64,000 nt of DNA from Callorhinchus milii. Its lineage: Eukaryota. The first letter of the stretch is position 1. Each line of letters starts with the position of its first letter. A program made the position numbers and the translations under genes. Shown here piece after piece: positions 11,223 to 23,374 of the stretch. The stretch lies in NCBI RefSeq assembly GCF_018977255.1, contig NW_024704742.1, positions 45,882,001 to 45,946,000 on the forward strand. The letters are read 5' to 3'. The notes beneath the pieces are model-generated. The model made no database searches. It was not told where the DNA came from and worked only from the letters and a program-made list of their open reading frames with translations.

Positions 11223-11660
11223 TCACAAGATCACAAGATTGGTTCAGATGGCGAAGGCCCTTTGGCCCATCTGATCTCATCCTTCAGTATCCCACCCAAC
11301 CATCCTCCCATCACTGCATCAAGTTGCATTATAAATGAATCCCTGCATCCTGGCTTCAACCAACCTTCCTGGCAACCTGTTCTAGTTTTTAATTACTATC
11401 TGAGTAAGGAAGATTTTTCGGGGTCTTCTTTTTTAATCACATTTAAAGTTTTATGTAATTCTGCGAGGTCCCATCTGAGTTGTCGTCTCCCAAGACTGAA
11501 GCGTCCTAGCTTGTATAATTGTTGCTCATAGCTCATTCCTTTAACACGGGGGATCATCCTTATTGCGCTCCTCTGCACTGCCTCTCGGCTATGAGTATCC
11601 CCTTATGTTATGGTGACCAGAAATGTATGGGGTACTCCAGGGGTAGTCTAACCAGAACCT
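11223..11660 (-). mobile_element. CR1-type LINE 3' fragment with RT C-terminal coding remnant
   Basis: ORF 11396-11578 QRSAIRMIPRVKGMSYEQQLYKLGRFSLGRRQLRWDL resembles the CR1 QRRATxMI..LSYEERL..LFSLEKRRLRGDL motif. Confidence 0.88.
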
Positions 11661-11664
11661 GAGT

Positions 11665-12270
11665 GTGTCACGAGGAGACACATATTAATGAGAAATAGGA
11701 AGGGCTGAAGGGTAAACAGTAGGGCTCCACCAGGAGCAAATGTGGGCGTATGATATAAAAAATGATTGAAGATGTTGACAGAGGGAAATATACAACAAAT
11801 GTCAAGTACAGCTATGAGGAGGGAGAGAAACCCATGGTCACAGTCATGAAGGAGTCATTGGTAGCTTCAAGCAGGGTAACCTTGATTGTGTGGAAGGGAT
11901 GGAAGCCAGAGTACAGCATCTCAAATGTTGAAAGATGGGTGGCAAGGATTTTGGCAAGGAAAGGTAGGTTTAAAGTAGAGTAGTACTTCAAGAAAACAGA
12001 GGGGTTGAGTTTCACTCTTAAGAAGGGGGAACGATGATATGGGTCTGGTAGAAATGGTTGTAAATGATAGGGAGAGATTGGCAATCTCAGTGAACATTAG
12101 ATTGAGACAGGACTTTTAGAAGTTGGATCACTCATAGGTTGATGGAGCAAGCAGCAGATTCTGTGCATACTTTGAGTCTTATGAGCAGTTGGAAGGAGTT
12201 ATGAGAAAGGGCGCAGAGTATGGAGAGTGGATACTGCAGAAGGGGAGGAGCATGGAGAATGGAAAGACAT
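11665..12270 (-). mobile_element. highly decayed L2 RT fragment
   Basis: ORF 11812-12084 LNLPFLAKIL..YSGFHPFHT..LLEATND corresponds to [30 protein letters not shown]. Confidence 0.75.
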
Positions 12271-14252
12271 GGGAAAATTGGGATGAAAATGGCAGAGGTC
12301 ATCTAGCAGATAGGCTTGAATTAAGAAACAAAGAAGATTCTACCTGCCAGTAATGCAGAGTACATTGCATTAATGTGGCTTAATGTCCTTTACCTGTAAC
12401 TCTAATGCAAGCAGGGCAGGATATATTGTATGGTTTGCTTGTGTGTTGAGTATGAAAGTGATCATATATATATTATCCTGTTATGCATTCAACAGTCCTG
12501 CTGAACAATGTTTGAGTATACATGATTCCCCACTACATCATGTTGAAGCAACTGTGCCCTCATATCATAACTGTGTGAAATTGGTAACTTGCCCAGCTCA
12601 AACCTCCCTACCCATTGCAGGGCTGAAGACACATCTATTCTTCAAAGTTGGTCTTGGATCACTGCAGAGCTGCCTGGCTTCACCAAGCATGTCTGTTTGA
12701 AGACAGTTCATTGTTTGGAAGTCTCCGCTTTACTTCCATATGGCTACAGCTGTGAGCCTCTGTTATGCACGTTGTTTGTTTCATGCAAGTTGTCTCCCCC
12801 TTGGCCTGGAATCTAGCAGTTTCCAAAACTTGGCTTTTTTTTAACTTTTCCATCAGGACTTTGAGTTCATAGTCTCTGCTGACATTCCAATACAGTACAA
12901 CATTGCTGCTGACAAAATGATTGTCACATTTGTCTCCAAAATGCACAGTTATTATACTTTTCAAAAAATGTCACCCATGTGAAGTGCTTTGAGACATCAT
13001 CCTGATGTGAAAGACACTATAACAAATGCAAAGATTCTTCTTCTTATTATTATTATCTATCTTTGCTACAAGTTTCTCCCTATTGCCAGTCCAAGTACAA
13101 CTAGTATTTTGTAAGTAAGCATTTTGTAAGCGTCTGCTATTTGTTTTAATGAAATCATTGACTGACATTCTTTATCCATCACACTGTGCACTCCAAAAGT
13201 CTAACAGTAACTCAACTAACATTGCAGCCAATTCAAATTCTATTATACAATTGGCTGGAAGCTTTTATTGAACACTGGGCGTTTCAGGAACTACCCCTCA
13301 TACTTGGAAGTCTGTCAAGAAAATTGCTTTTTTATGCTAATTTTAATTATGATGAAAGGCAGAAGTAGCTTGGGATGTCCTCTCGATGTGAAAGACCCTA
13401 TATAACTGCAATTTTTGGTTGCTGTTGTTGTTGAGGCTGGGTGTTAGCAGATGTGCCTGTTTTGGCCTGCCTTTTGTTCCTCACAAGACCACTAGCTTTA
13501 GGACACACTTGATATTCCATGTAAACTGCCAAAGGGCATGGATTGAAATTCTCCAGATGGGACACAAAGCAGTTTGAGCTCCTGATAAAATGTCTCATCG
13601 GTTAGCATCCAAGCTTCCATACGTTTGCCCAATCTTGGTATTTCTTCTGGGGTAATAACTTGCAAGAAGCAGCATCTGTGCCAAAAGAAGAGAATTGGCA
13701 TTCCTCAGTAGCATCTTCACAGCATCTGCTTCAGCTGTTTCAAATTATCAATTCATTTTGTTTGTCATAACCAATGTTAAGTGTAATATTACTTAGTTGC
13801 TATCCCACATCCTCTATTCCTCAATCTAGTTTCAAATCATGTTTTACTGAGGTTGAAAATGCAGTACTGGCATCAGGATTCAGGATTTGTACTCTGGATT
13901 CCAGCAGGAACCAAATGTGCGTAACTCTGAACCACAGGAACACTGGCATGACACAATCTCCTTCTACATGATTCAAATAGGTGATAACCATATCTCCAAA
14001 TAGATTCAATGTGATGTATTCCAACCCTTAACCTTGTCACAAGGGTTGTGCCCAAAACTAGTCTGAAGAATTTCATCAACACTATTGTTGTTGCTGAGGC
14101 CATTGGTGAGTTGAGGCCAGTAGTGGCTTAACTTAATGTGACTTTGGCTGATATCTGATGAATCATTGAAATGTGACCATTAAGAATGGTATCGTTAAAG
14201 TATTCCTACTCACTTTGGACTAAATTATAAGCCAAAATCACACTTTTTCACA

Positions 14253-15382
14253 CTTCACTTATGGCCACGTCTTCATTTATCCCAGCCCAGTAGCTACTGA
14301 AAAGAAGGTATTGATTTGCGTGGCTTGTCTGGATTGGACTGGGTGTTTGGCATTGTTTCGCGGGCCACTTCTTGATGCTCTAAGACGTTGATCACAATCG
14401 ACTGGTTAGAGACCCCTGGTCTAAAAGGATACTCCAATGGGGGGTGAGCTGCATTGTTGGAAGTGTCATCCTTTGGATGAGACATTAAACCAAGTTCCTA
14501 TTTGTCTTTTCAGATGGACATTAAAGATCCCATAGGACTATATGAAATTGAGCAGTGAGTTTCCTAAAGTGTCCTGGCCAACAATCCCCCAAATAAAAGT
14601 GTGAAGTGTGAAGTGTGAAGCACTTTGCGACATCCTCCCAACATGAAAATCACTGTATAAATGTAAATCGTATTGTTTGCATTGCACTTCACGTAAGCAC
14701 TCTGAGACCTGCGTGGAGGGCACGATATAAGTGCAAGTCATTGTTGTTGTATTTCTTATCAAGTGCAACATGATGTTGGTTAACAGGTTCAACACATTAA
14801 AACTGTTCAGATACAGGACAATTGTCATTCCCACTAAGCTTTGAAAGATTTTTTTTCCTTTTTCATCATAAATAATAAAATAATTTGGTACAGCGACTTT
14901 CATGTCAGTAGGACATCCCAAAGCACCTCGCAAGATATATTGTAAAGCGATGACACTGAGTATTTTTCTGGGCAAACACAGCAGCCAATTTGCACACAGC
15001 AATCTTCCACAAGCAGCCAATGAAGTGAGTGACAAATTTTATTTGGGGGGTTGTTGGCCAGGACACTTTAGGAAACTCACTGCTGAATTTCAAATAGTCC
15101 TATGGGATCTTTAATGTCCATCTGAAAAGAGAAATGGGAACTTGGTTTAATGTCTCATCCAAAGGATGACACTTCCAACAATGCAGCTCACCCCTCATTG
15201 TAGTATCCTTTTAGACCAGGGGTCTCTAACCAGTCGATTGTGATCAACGTCTTGGAGCATCAAGAAGTGGCCCGCGAAACAATGCCAAACACCCAGTCCA
15301 ATCCAGACAAGCCATGCAAATCAATACCTTGTTTTCAGTAGCTACTGGGCTGGGATAAGTGAAGACGTGGCCATAAGTGAAG
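14253..15382. repeat. long inverted repeat: arms 14253-14598 and 15037-15382 (346 bp, ~11 mismatches), 438-bp spacer
   Basis: Manual reverse-complement alignment; no indels seen. Confidence 0.97.
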
Positions 15383-15550
15383 AAAAATTCAATAAAGAAA
15401 TGTTTTTTATTTGTTTGGCTGACCAAAAAGGTTGGCTACCACTGGTTTAGACAATATGAGTTCCAATGTCCAACGTGGGGCTTGAACCCACAAAATTCTG
15501 ATTCAGAGGCAAGAGTGCCATAGACTGAGCCTGAGCCTGAGCCTGATACA
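14880..15550 (-). mobile_element. full-length Deu-domain SINE (family B) interrupted by a hAT MITE
   Basis: L2-type tail at ~14880-14930, Deu core 15040-15200, tRNA head (GGGGCTTGAACCCAC..CTGAGCCTGATACA) 15475-15550. Confidence 0.88.
15217..15444. mobile_element. non-autonomous hAT (Charlie-like) MITE, 228 bp
   Basis: TIRs CAGGGGTCTCTAACC / GGTTGGCTACCACTG (11/15 match); 8-bp TSD TTTTAGAC (15209-15216) / GTTTAGAC (15445-15452). Confidence 0.85.
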
Positions 15551-16344
15551 CAATTGATTGACACAGCAAGATTCTCAGTTGAGATTTAATGCATCTCTGT
15601 CTTTTTCTATAAATTTATAAATATAAATATGTCTTTTTCTATAAACTTCAATCTCAATATTTCGAATCTATAGCTTACTGGAAATCTTTTGCACTCACCA
15701 GGAGTTTATTTTGCAGATCATTACTTAAGGCTTCTGGACTTTTTAAGTTTGAGATTAGATCACCAGAAATTAGTCTAAATACTAGACAAACTCTTAGACT
15801 GTGTTTTATTTACTTTATTTTCCAATTAAATGCCGTTCATTTCGAAAGTATCTTATGGTTTGTTTTCAATCTGTCTGTGGGCTGTTCGTTATAAAGCTGC
15901 TTAGCAATCTTACACGGTACAGGTATTTCCAATGAATTTTTTTCAGACCTTGTTTTTGGCTGCCAAACCGGCTACCGCGTTTTCTGTCCATCCTGTTCTT
16001 CTTTGGTAAACAATTGCAAGATAATAAATGCAAATTTTTAAACAACCAATTTAAAGTTCCGAAGCAGGTCCAAGCAAATGAGTCTGTCACAGCTTCAGCA
16101 GCTGCTGCTGCATAACTCATGCTCTTTCCTGCAGAATGAACTGCCAGGACTACAAACCCAACCATTCAATAAGTAAGTGACTGCACACTGTTTGAATGTT
16201 GCACCCATAAAGGGCTAATTTGTTCACAGCTGCATAATATAACAGTTTCAACCATAAAATATATATAAGGTAAATAAATTGCATGTATAGAAAATTATTG
16301 TACATTCCACAAAATAAATCATAATTTTTAAAAATCCATGCATT

Positions 16345-16690
16345 TTATTTAGTGCCTTTCACACCAGAAGTACATCTCAAACCAGGATTTTATTGTAAGC
16401 ATTACAGCCACTTTGCATGTAGCTGTATCCCACAGACAGCCATGAAGGGAATGACTAATTTTACCTGGGGGATTGTTCTCTGGATTGCCAGATCTCTCTT
16501 CTGTTTTCGAACAGCATCTTAGGATCTTTACCGTCCACCTGAACAAGTATATGGGACCTTGTGTTAATGTCTCATCTGAAACCTAGCATTTCTGACAATT
16601 CTACGCTTGCCCACACTGCACTGAAGTGTCAACATAGACTGGAACTTCAAGACCCGACGTGGGGCTTGAACCCACAATGTTCTAACAGGT
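16345..16690 (-). mobile_element. Deu-domain SINE (family B)
   Basis: GGATCTTTACCGTCCACCTGAAC..AATGTCTCATCTGAA..GGGGCTTGAACCCAC. Confidence 0.75.
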
Positions 16691-17550
16691 GGAAGTGCTT
16701 TGATACGATCAGGACAGACGAGAACCTTGGTAGACTGTCCTTTTTAAGCTGTTTATGGCAGTTCTTATATTTATATGAACTTTAAAAGCTTGTTTACGTG
16801 ACACTTTTCCTAATTTGTGCCTAAGCTTCTTCCAGTCACACAGAATTGACAATTTGCAGCTTTATTGGCATGATAAACCTCAAACAATAAACGCACCTCA
16901 GAGCAGTTGCCTTCTATACAATCTTATGAAATTAATATACCAAAACCAAAATAAGAATTCCTGGAAATCAAAAGAATTTGAATGAAGAGTTTCATTTGAA
17001 TGAATATTGTCGTGTGAAATGTCTTATTTTCTGGGCTGTGCACACCAAACATGTATTTATTCACTCCAGTCAACCAATTAGAAGCATCAATCATAGTCAA
17101 GTCAGGCAACCACATTTAATATTCCAAGACACATGCCAAAGGATGTACGTTTGAGAATTCAGTGACAGGATTCTCCTTAGAATGGGAAATAGACAATTTA
17201 TCTGCAGTTGTGCAGATGCATTTCTGCTTCCACTCAAAATTTTAATTTGCTCCTTTCTGATATTAAGCAATGTGATCATCATATTTATCCCCTATAAGTT
17301 GGCAAGCATTGCTATTAATGACACCTTAACCATAGGTTAAGTTTAAATGGGTCCCGAACTTCATTGGTTCAAGGCCACTGAATACAAATTTAAAATCATG
17401 AAATATTAGAAATATCTTACATTCAGTCTTAATTTGGAACTGGATTTCCAGAAAATACCCAAAGCCAACATCAGAATATGTTTTTTTTTCTCTACTGTCT
17501 CGGCTTTTGGAACTCAAAAATTAGTCATTTTGCGAATATTGCAAATCAGA

Positions 17551-18238
17551 CGTTAGAGCACTTGCCTCGTAAGCAAGAGACCTGGGTTCAATTTCCGGCA
17601 GGGCTAATCATTGGGCAAGTTTACTTACTCCACACACCTCTGTTTACCTAGCAATAACTAGGAACCTGGTTATTAGTTGATTGGCGAATCACTTTTCCGG
17701 GGATAATAATTCCTTCAAAAAAAATAATAAATTGGTTCCTCAATAATAATAATAATAATAATCCTTGCATTTGATATAGCGCTTTTCACGTCGGGAGGAC
17801 GTCCCAAAGCGCTTCACAGAGTACACTGTAAAGTGAATTGACTGTATATTTGTGGGCAAACGCGGCAGCCAATTGCGCACAGCAATGTCCCACAAACAGT
17901 CGTAGATTGAAAATGACCAATTTAATTATTGTTTTTGGTTTTGGAGGGATTATTATTAGGCGTGTGGAGTAAAGAAACTTGCCCAAGGTTTCGCCCTGCC
18001 TGGAATTGAACTCAGGTCTCTCACTTGCAAAGCGAGTGCTCTAACCACTGAGCCACAGGACACCACGAGGGTCCCACGATTGTTTGTGGGACCCTCTAAT
18101 TACCTATTGCGTTTTGCCCACAAAATATACAGTCAATTCACTTTACAGTATATTCTGTGAAGCGCTTTGAGACATCTCGAAGGAGTAATAATGTGCTATA
18201 ACAAATGTAAGGAATATTATTAAGGATTATTATTATTT
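17551..18238 (+). mobile_element. family A long SINE split by a nested family A short SINE
   Basis: 5' half 17551-17743 and 3' half 18072-18238 rejoin as CTCAAT|CCACGATTGTTTGTGG, colinear with the 8105-8465 copy. Confidence 0.88.
17742..18062 (-). mobile_element. young family A short SINE (nested)
   Basis: Near-identical to 31907-32232 and 4211-4490. Confidence 0.95.
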
Positions 18239-18239
18239 T

Positions 18240-18415
18240 TAAGAACCACAGTTAACATCTCATCTGATGAACTACACCCACCAACAATGCACCCCTCCCA
18301 TCCAGCGCTGCACAAGAGTGTCAACCTATTTGAGTTCAAAGCCCGAAGTGGGGCTTGAACTCATTACCCTCTGACCGAGGCGAGACTGTTTCCGACTGAA
18401 TCAGATTGACACACA
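18240..18415 (-). mobile_element. Deu-domain SINE 5' part
   Basis: TTAACATCTCATCTGA..GTGGGGCTTGAACTC..TGACACA. Confidence 0.7.
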
Positions 18416-21400
18416 AGTCCCAACCTCAAACACAGAAATAGCTACAAACTGAGGCAAACTCAGCCAAGCTTGGATACTTGAGGGAAAAGAGAATGGAGGA
18501 GTATGGGAAAAGGCATTAGGAAGTGTGGGGTTTATGTGGAGTATAAACACTGGCATTGTTGCTAGTTGTTGGGCTGAATGGCATGTTTCAATGCTATAAT
18601 GTTTAACATAATTCCATCTTACTTACACAAATAAGGTTGGCTGCCTCACTGACTTTCGCTGCCTAGAACTCAAGGGTGGGGAGTGGGGGCAGGGGGGGAG
18701 ACGGAATTGCATGTCTATCACCTCTCTCTTAGAGGGAATTTGGCTTCAGATACTGTACAATTTGGTTATTTATTATCCAATTATGATTAGTATGGACTGA
18801 TGCACAAATTTGCAATGAATGCCAGAGAACACAGATACACAGATGTCTCCAACTATACTGCTGCGGAATATGGACACAACGCCTCTGATAGACTGCCAAG
18901 AAATCAGCCAAATCCTCTGCATTTTACTGACAGAGAATTGGACACCTCCCACAACACCAGCAGGCATGGTATTTGTTCCACTAAGCAGGTTGACTTTACA
19001 TATTTTTCAAAATGTTTTGATACCAGAAAAACTTAGTGCACAGGAGGAAAATGGCAACGTATATGTTGATGGGGATATTTTATACCTCTGCGAATGAATG
19101 TGTCTACATATACTTAGCCACTACACTTTACAGTGAGACTTGTGAAGAGCTTTGATATATCTCTGCAATCTCACAAGAACCAATATCAAATGTAAGGATC
19201 ATCTTACTGTCTAAAAGACAGGACAAATGAAACTTGATGAGAATTATCATTACCAGTGGAAAAATCATGAGACTGAAACAAAATGTAGTTCCATAGTACA
19301 GTGCAAGCAAGCTTCCTTTATGCTCTTATATTTTATCAACAGTATAATATTGCGACATGGATTTGTTTTTGATATGGTATTTTTTGATTCAGTTGTCCAG
19401 TGCCTTGGGACATCGTCCCGAAGTGAAAGGCATTGATCAATGTAAATTTGTATTGATTAATTTTATATATGTTTTTACTCCCTCATTAGCCCATCCAAAG
19501 TACACTACTATGTGCACAGGTGACCAACATGCTGGCAGTGAAACAATATCCAGCAATGATATTTCTATAGGAGGCCAGCTGTTTATCTCCTATTGCCAAA
19601 TAATCATTCCTCCCTGTGGGGCAATGGCTCCCCCATGTTAATGACACAATTACTGTACTGCAGATTCTTATCTAAATGTCATGTTTCCTCAATGATCTAT
19701 TTAGACTGAAGACCATCCTTATACAGAATTGATTTGTATTATTTTCTTGCATGTAACAACAACAATCACAACTTGGATTTATATAGCACTCTCCATGCCG
19801 GACGGCTTCTCAGAGCGCCTTACAGTAACATATATACTGATTGTTCTGATTCTTCCCAGTTTAAGCTGTTCAAAGGACCAGACACCTTTCCCTTACATTT
19901 ACAGACAATGTTCTATATTATCCCCAATTAGACAGGGGCAACCCGAAATGGTTTCTGAGCCTCGTGAAGGCTGAAGGATGTGCATAAACATTCTTTAAAG
20001 AGGAAAAAAAGTATTTTGGTCAATGACGTTTGATTGATGAAAAGTAACAATGATTCTATCATCAAAGTCGATCTGAAGATGTAAGCTTAAGACCAGTTGA
20101 TATCCTCAGGTATATGCTTTTTTTTCCCTGGCTGTCAGGTGAAACTTGTATAGAAAGAAACAAAGACTTTTTTTGATAAGCACAACAAAAAGAGAGATGA
20201 AGTGAATGAACCCAAATATTTCATGAAGCCAATTATTTACAAGATGTGGAATAATAAAAGTGGAATACATCAAGAACATTTATTTTGTTGACAATTGGGC
20301 TAGAAAATATTAAATGAGGGTGGCATACAATCAAATTACTGTGTGTTGCTCTGTGTGAACCATCCCAACAATTCCAAAATAATCCTATTAGCTCCATAAA
20401 AGTGCTTGGCTGAACAATTATTCAGTTAATTATTTCAACTGCACCTTGTGACTTCCTCCTTACGTGAAAGGCACCATATAAATGTATGTTTATTTTTCAA
20501 AGCGAGGATTCATTTTGGGCTTCACACCGTTTTCTCTCCCATGATATTTTCAGGCAGGAGGAAGGAATAATACAATTACAGCAAATGTATTTGCATTACC
20601 GTAGAAAGTAGTAAAGAAAAAAGTACAAATAATAGTTACACCCATAACTGCAGATTTAAATATACATTTTTTTAATCTAACTATGTTACATTATATTATA
20701 GCAAAAGCAATGCCACTGAAATTTGTGAGAAATAACTTTTATGCTTACCATTGGTATAAAAATGTAATATTCCCGTCAGTAGATTAGACTAATAACCGTT
20801 TTAACATTTTTCTGTGACTTTTGCTATTCTCAACCTTCGCAAGTTTTTACTTGCTTTGCTTTATTTTGTCAAATATGTTTTTCATATGCTTTCCACCAGT
20901 CTTTATTTGCTTGTGTCTCATATAACATTGAGTACTAATCCATACATTTGATCTAGCACCTTTCTTGTTGGAAGGACGTCTTAATTTGCTTCACAGAGTT
21001 TAACATAAAATATAGTTACTGTGTACTTTGTAGGAAAATGAAGCAGCAAATTTGCACACAAAAAGACTGAGCATCAAAGGTTTTGCTACATGTTCTTATA
21101 TAATAGAGTAACCACAAGTAATAAATTCAGGGCCTGGTAAAGATTATTTGTAGAGGAGGGGGATTGCAAAAGAATAATCTGGCAAACCTGATATCTTCCA
21201 CTATATGAATTGCTGTGGTCTGATTTCTTAATCGCCTAAAGAAGCTCATCAGCAAACTGCCTCATTGATCTGAGAAGAACTTTCATGTTAGATAAATCCT
21301 GAAACGTGTGTCAAGGTAAATAATGCAAAGAAAAGTGTTGGTATTGATTTTTCTTGGTCCTTTTTGTAGTAAGAGGTAAATGCAACGAGCTGTTTGTAGG

Positions 21401-22509
21401 ATGACCTATTGTAGAGATGCTGAGGTGGGAGCTGCAGTTATGAAAGTACAGTAAATTAACGTCTGTATTAGTAAGATCACGATTCTCGTAGGAAAACAAA
21501 TAAGAGATGGAGCATTCCATGAATCATCTGATTGAACATGGTGAAGGACAAGGGTCTGTGCATTGAGATAGACCATTGTCCCCATTCAGCTTTCAGGCAT
21601 AGTACATAGGCTTAAAGCAAGTGCATCTCTTATTTACTGTTGCAGCAATTGGCATTTGCTCATTCAACAAGTACTTTGTCTTTTCTTTTTGTTTAATTTT
21701 TATGACTTCAACTGAGTTATAATTTGCATCGGCGGATGTTTTTAATTATAGAATTACTTTAGCATTAGCTAAAATCCACAAAATCTACAAAATGTGGAGG
21801 ACATTGTATAATTACTGTGGTAGTGAGGATACTATATTTATGATTATCATTATGTTAATATAATGTACATGTTTGGATTAAGTTAAGCCCTTAGAATTCA
21901 AAACATGTCAATCGTACCAAATAAACTATGGTGACTGAATATTAAATCAGGTTATGAAATAAATTTACTTTAGGATACTTTGTAATATAGTATGTAAACT
22001 CACTTCAGTTCTATAAAAACTGTGACTTAAACCTTTTTGACCTAACTGTGTCAAACATAAAAAAACTATTAGCACCACCATATTAGCTGCTGCTCATAAT
22101 TTTCCACTCCCATCAAACCTCAGGTAGAAAACTTGCAGATAAATCCATTGCTTTCTGATAGCTGAAGAATAAAAACAATTGAATCCGAGTTTCTGTTGCT
22201 CCTGTCACTCAACCGATAGAAGAAGCAGTTTGGCATACTATCCTGGCTCATTAACAGCACTGCTAGGGCTATAGAGATCTCCTGGTGTGCTTTATATCAC
22301 CAGCCAGGTTTTTCTTCAGACAATTTCTTTCTCCAGCATTTTTATCGCTTTTCTATTCTAATCTGAATATACTTTGCCAGTAGTAAAAATGTCAGCAAGT
22401 GAATTCAGCTCAGTCTTTTTTGAAGTTCGGCTGTGATGATCCTGAAACCTAGCTGCTTCTATCATCCTATTGATCACAATACACCTCTGGGCATCTCGTG
22501 AGCAGCTTA

Positions 22510-23374
22510 TCAGTTAGGTGGTAGGTGTCAGCTTGCCTCGGTTGCTTCTAAGGCAGAATACTGTAGGCTCTTATTAACTCAGGTCTTGAGTTTGCAATCC
22601 AGGTGATACTCCAATAGTAGGGTGTTAGAGTCAGAATAATAATGTTGCATTGATCGATTTCATACAATCTTTATAAAAATAATCTTTGCATTTGCTATAA
22701 AGCCATGTCCCATCATTGAGACACTTCAAAGCATTTCACAGGATTTTACAAACAGTCAATGTCCAATTTTATCAAGGAGATTGTTGGCCAGGACAGTAGG
22801 AGAAATGTTCTTCTCTTTTCAAATAGGGCTATGGGATCTTTCATTCAAAGGTGAGAGTGCGACCAACTGAGCCAGAATTACATAAAATATTACAGCACAG
22901 AAACAGGCCATTTAGTCCAGTGTGTGCTGGTGTTTCTCTCCACATAGTCACATAGTTTAGCCCCCGTCTCTTGCCCATACCCTTTACTATTATGCCATTA
23001 TTTATTTGAATGAGATTATTTTGCTACACAAAATATGATTGACCCAAGCCTCAGAGTTTCCTCATCAGCTGTCTAATAGACATCTGCCTTCAGTGGTGGA
23101 GGACCTTTACAGGACAGCTTGTGATGTGCTAACCACCTTGATGCTCTCGAGGTCCAAGTCCAATGTTGCTTAACAGGCTTACACAGCACCAGCTGCTTAA
23201 TGCATGTCCTCATGTGAGGGACATTGGAAAATAGATGTGCCTGCTGTGAAGCTAACTCCACCTCCAGGGTGATCATTGACAGGTCAGTGTAGGCCACAGC
23301 CATAGACAGCAGGTGGCTAGAGCTAGAGGGCGCTCAGCTAGGTGGTAGGTGTTAGCTTGCCTCAGATGCTTCTA
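22510..23374 (+). repeat. 41-bp imperfect direct repeat (22510-22550 and 23334-23374, 37/41 identical)
   Basis: TCAGYTAGGTGGTAGGTGTYAGCTTGCCTCRGWTGCTTCTA occurs twice. Confidence 0.9.
22680..22875 (-). mobile_element. deleted Deu-domain SINE
   Basis: L2-like tail + TTGTTGGCCAGGACA..ATGGGATCTTT + GAGTGCGACCAACTGAGCCA. Confidence 0.65.

Noticed and set aside
12680..14103. Several 60-95-aa ORFs with protein-like stretches (e.g. VITPEEIPRLGKRMEAW, ELKVLMEKLKKSQ)
   Set aside because: No recognisable domain, no consistent frame, strand or splice chain; lengths are within chance.
18773..19990. Overlapping short ORFs and possible small exons
   Set aside because: Splice signals are weak or unpaired, and I recognise none of the peptides.
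21222..21252. Minus-strand CTGATGA-GCTT-CTTT-AGGC-GATT hammerhead-like core
   Set aside because: The required GAAA is GATT, and no stems I/III are evident.
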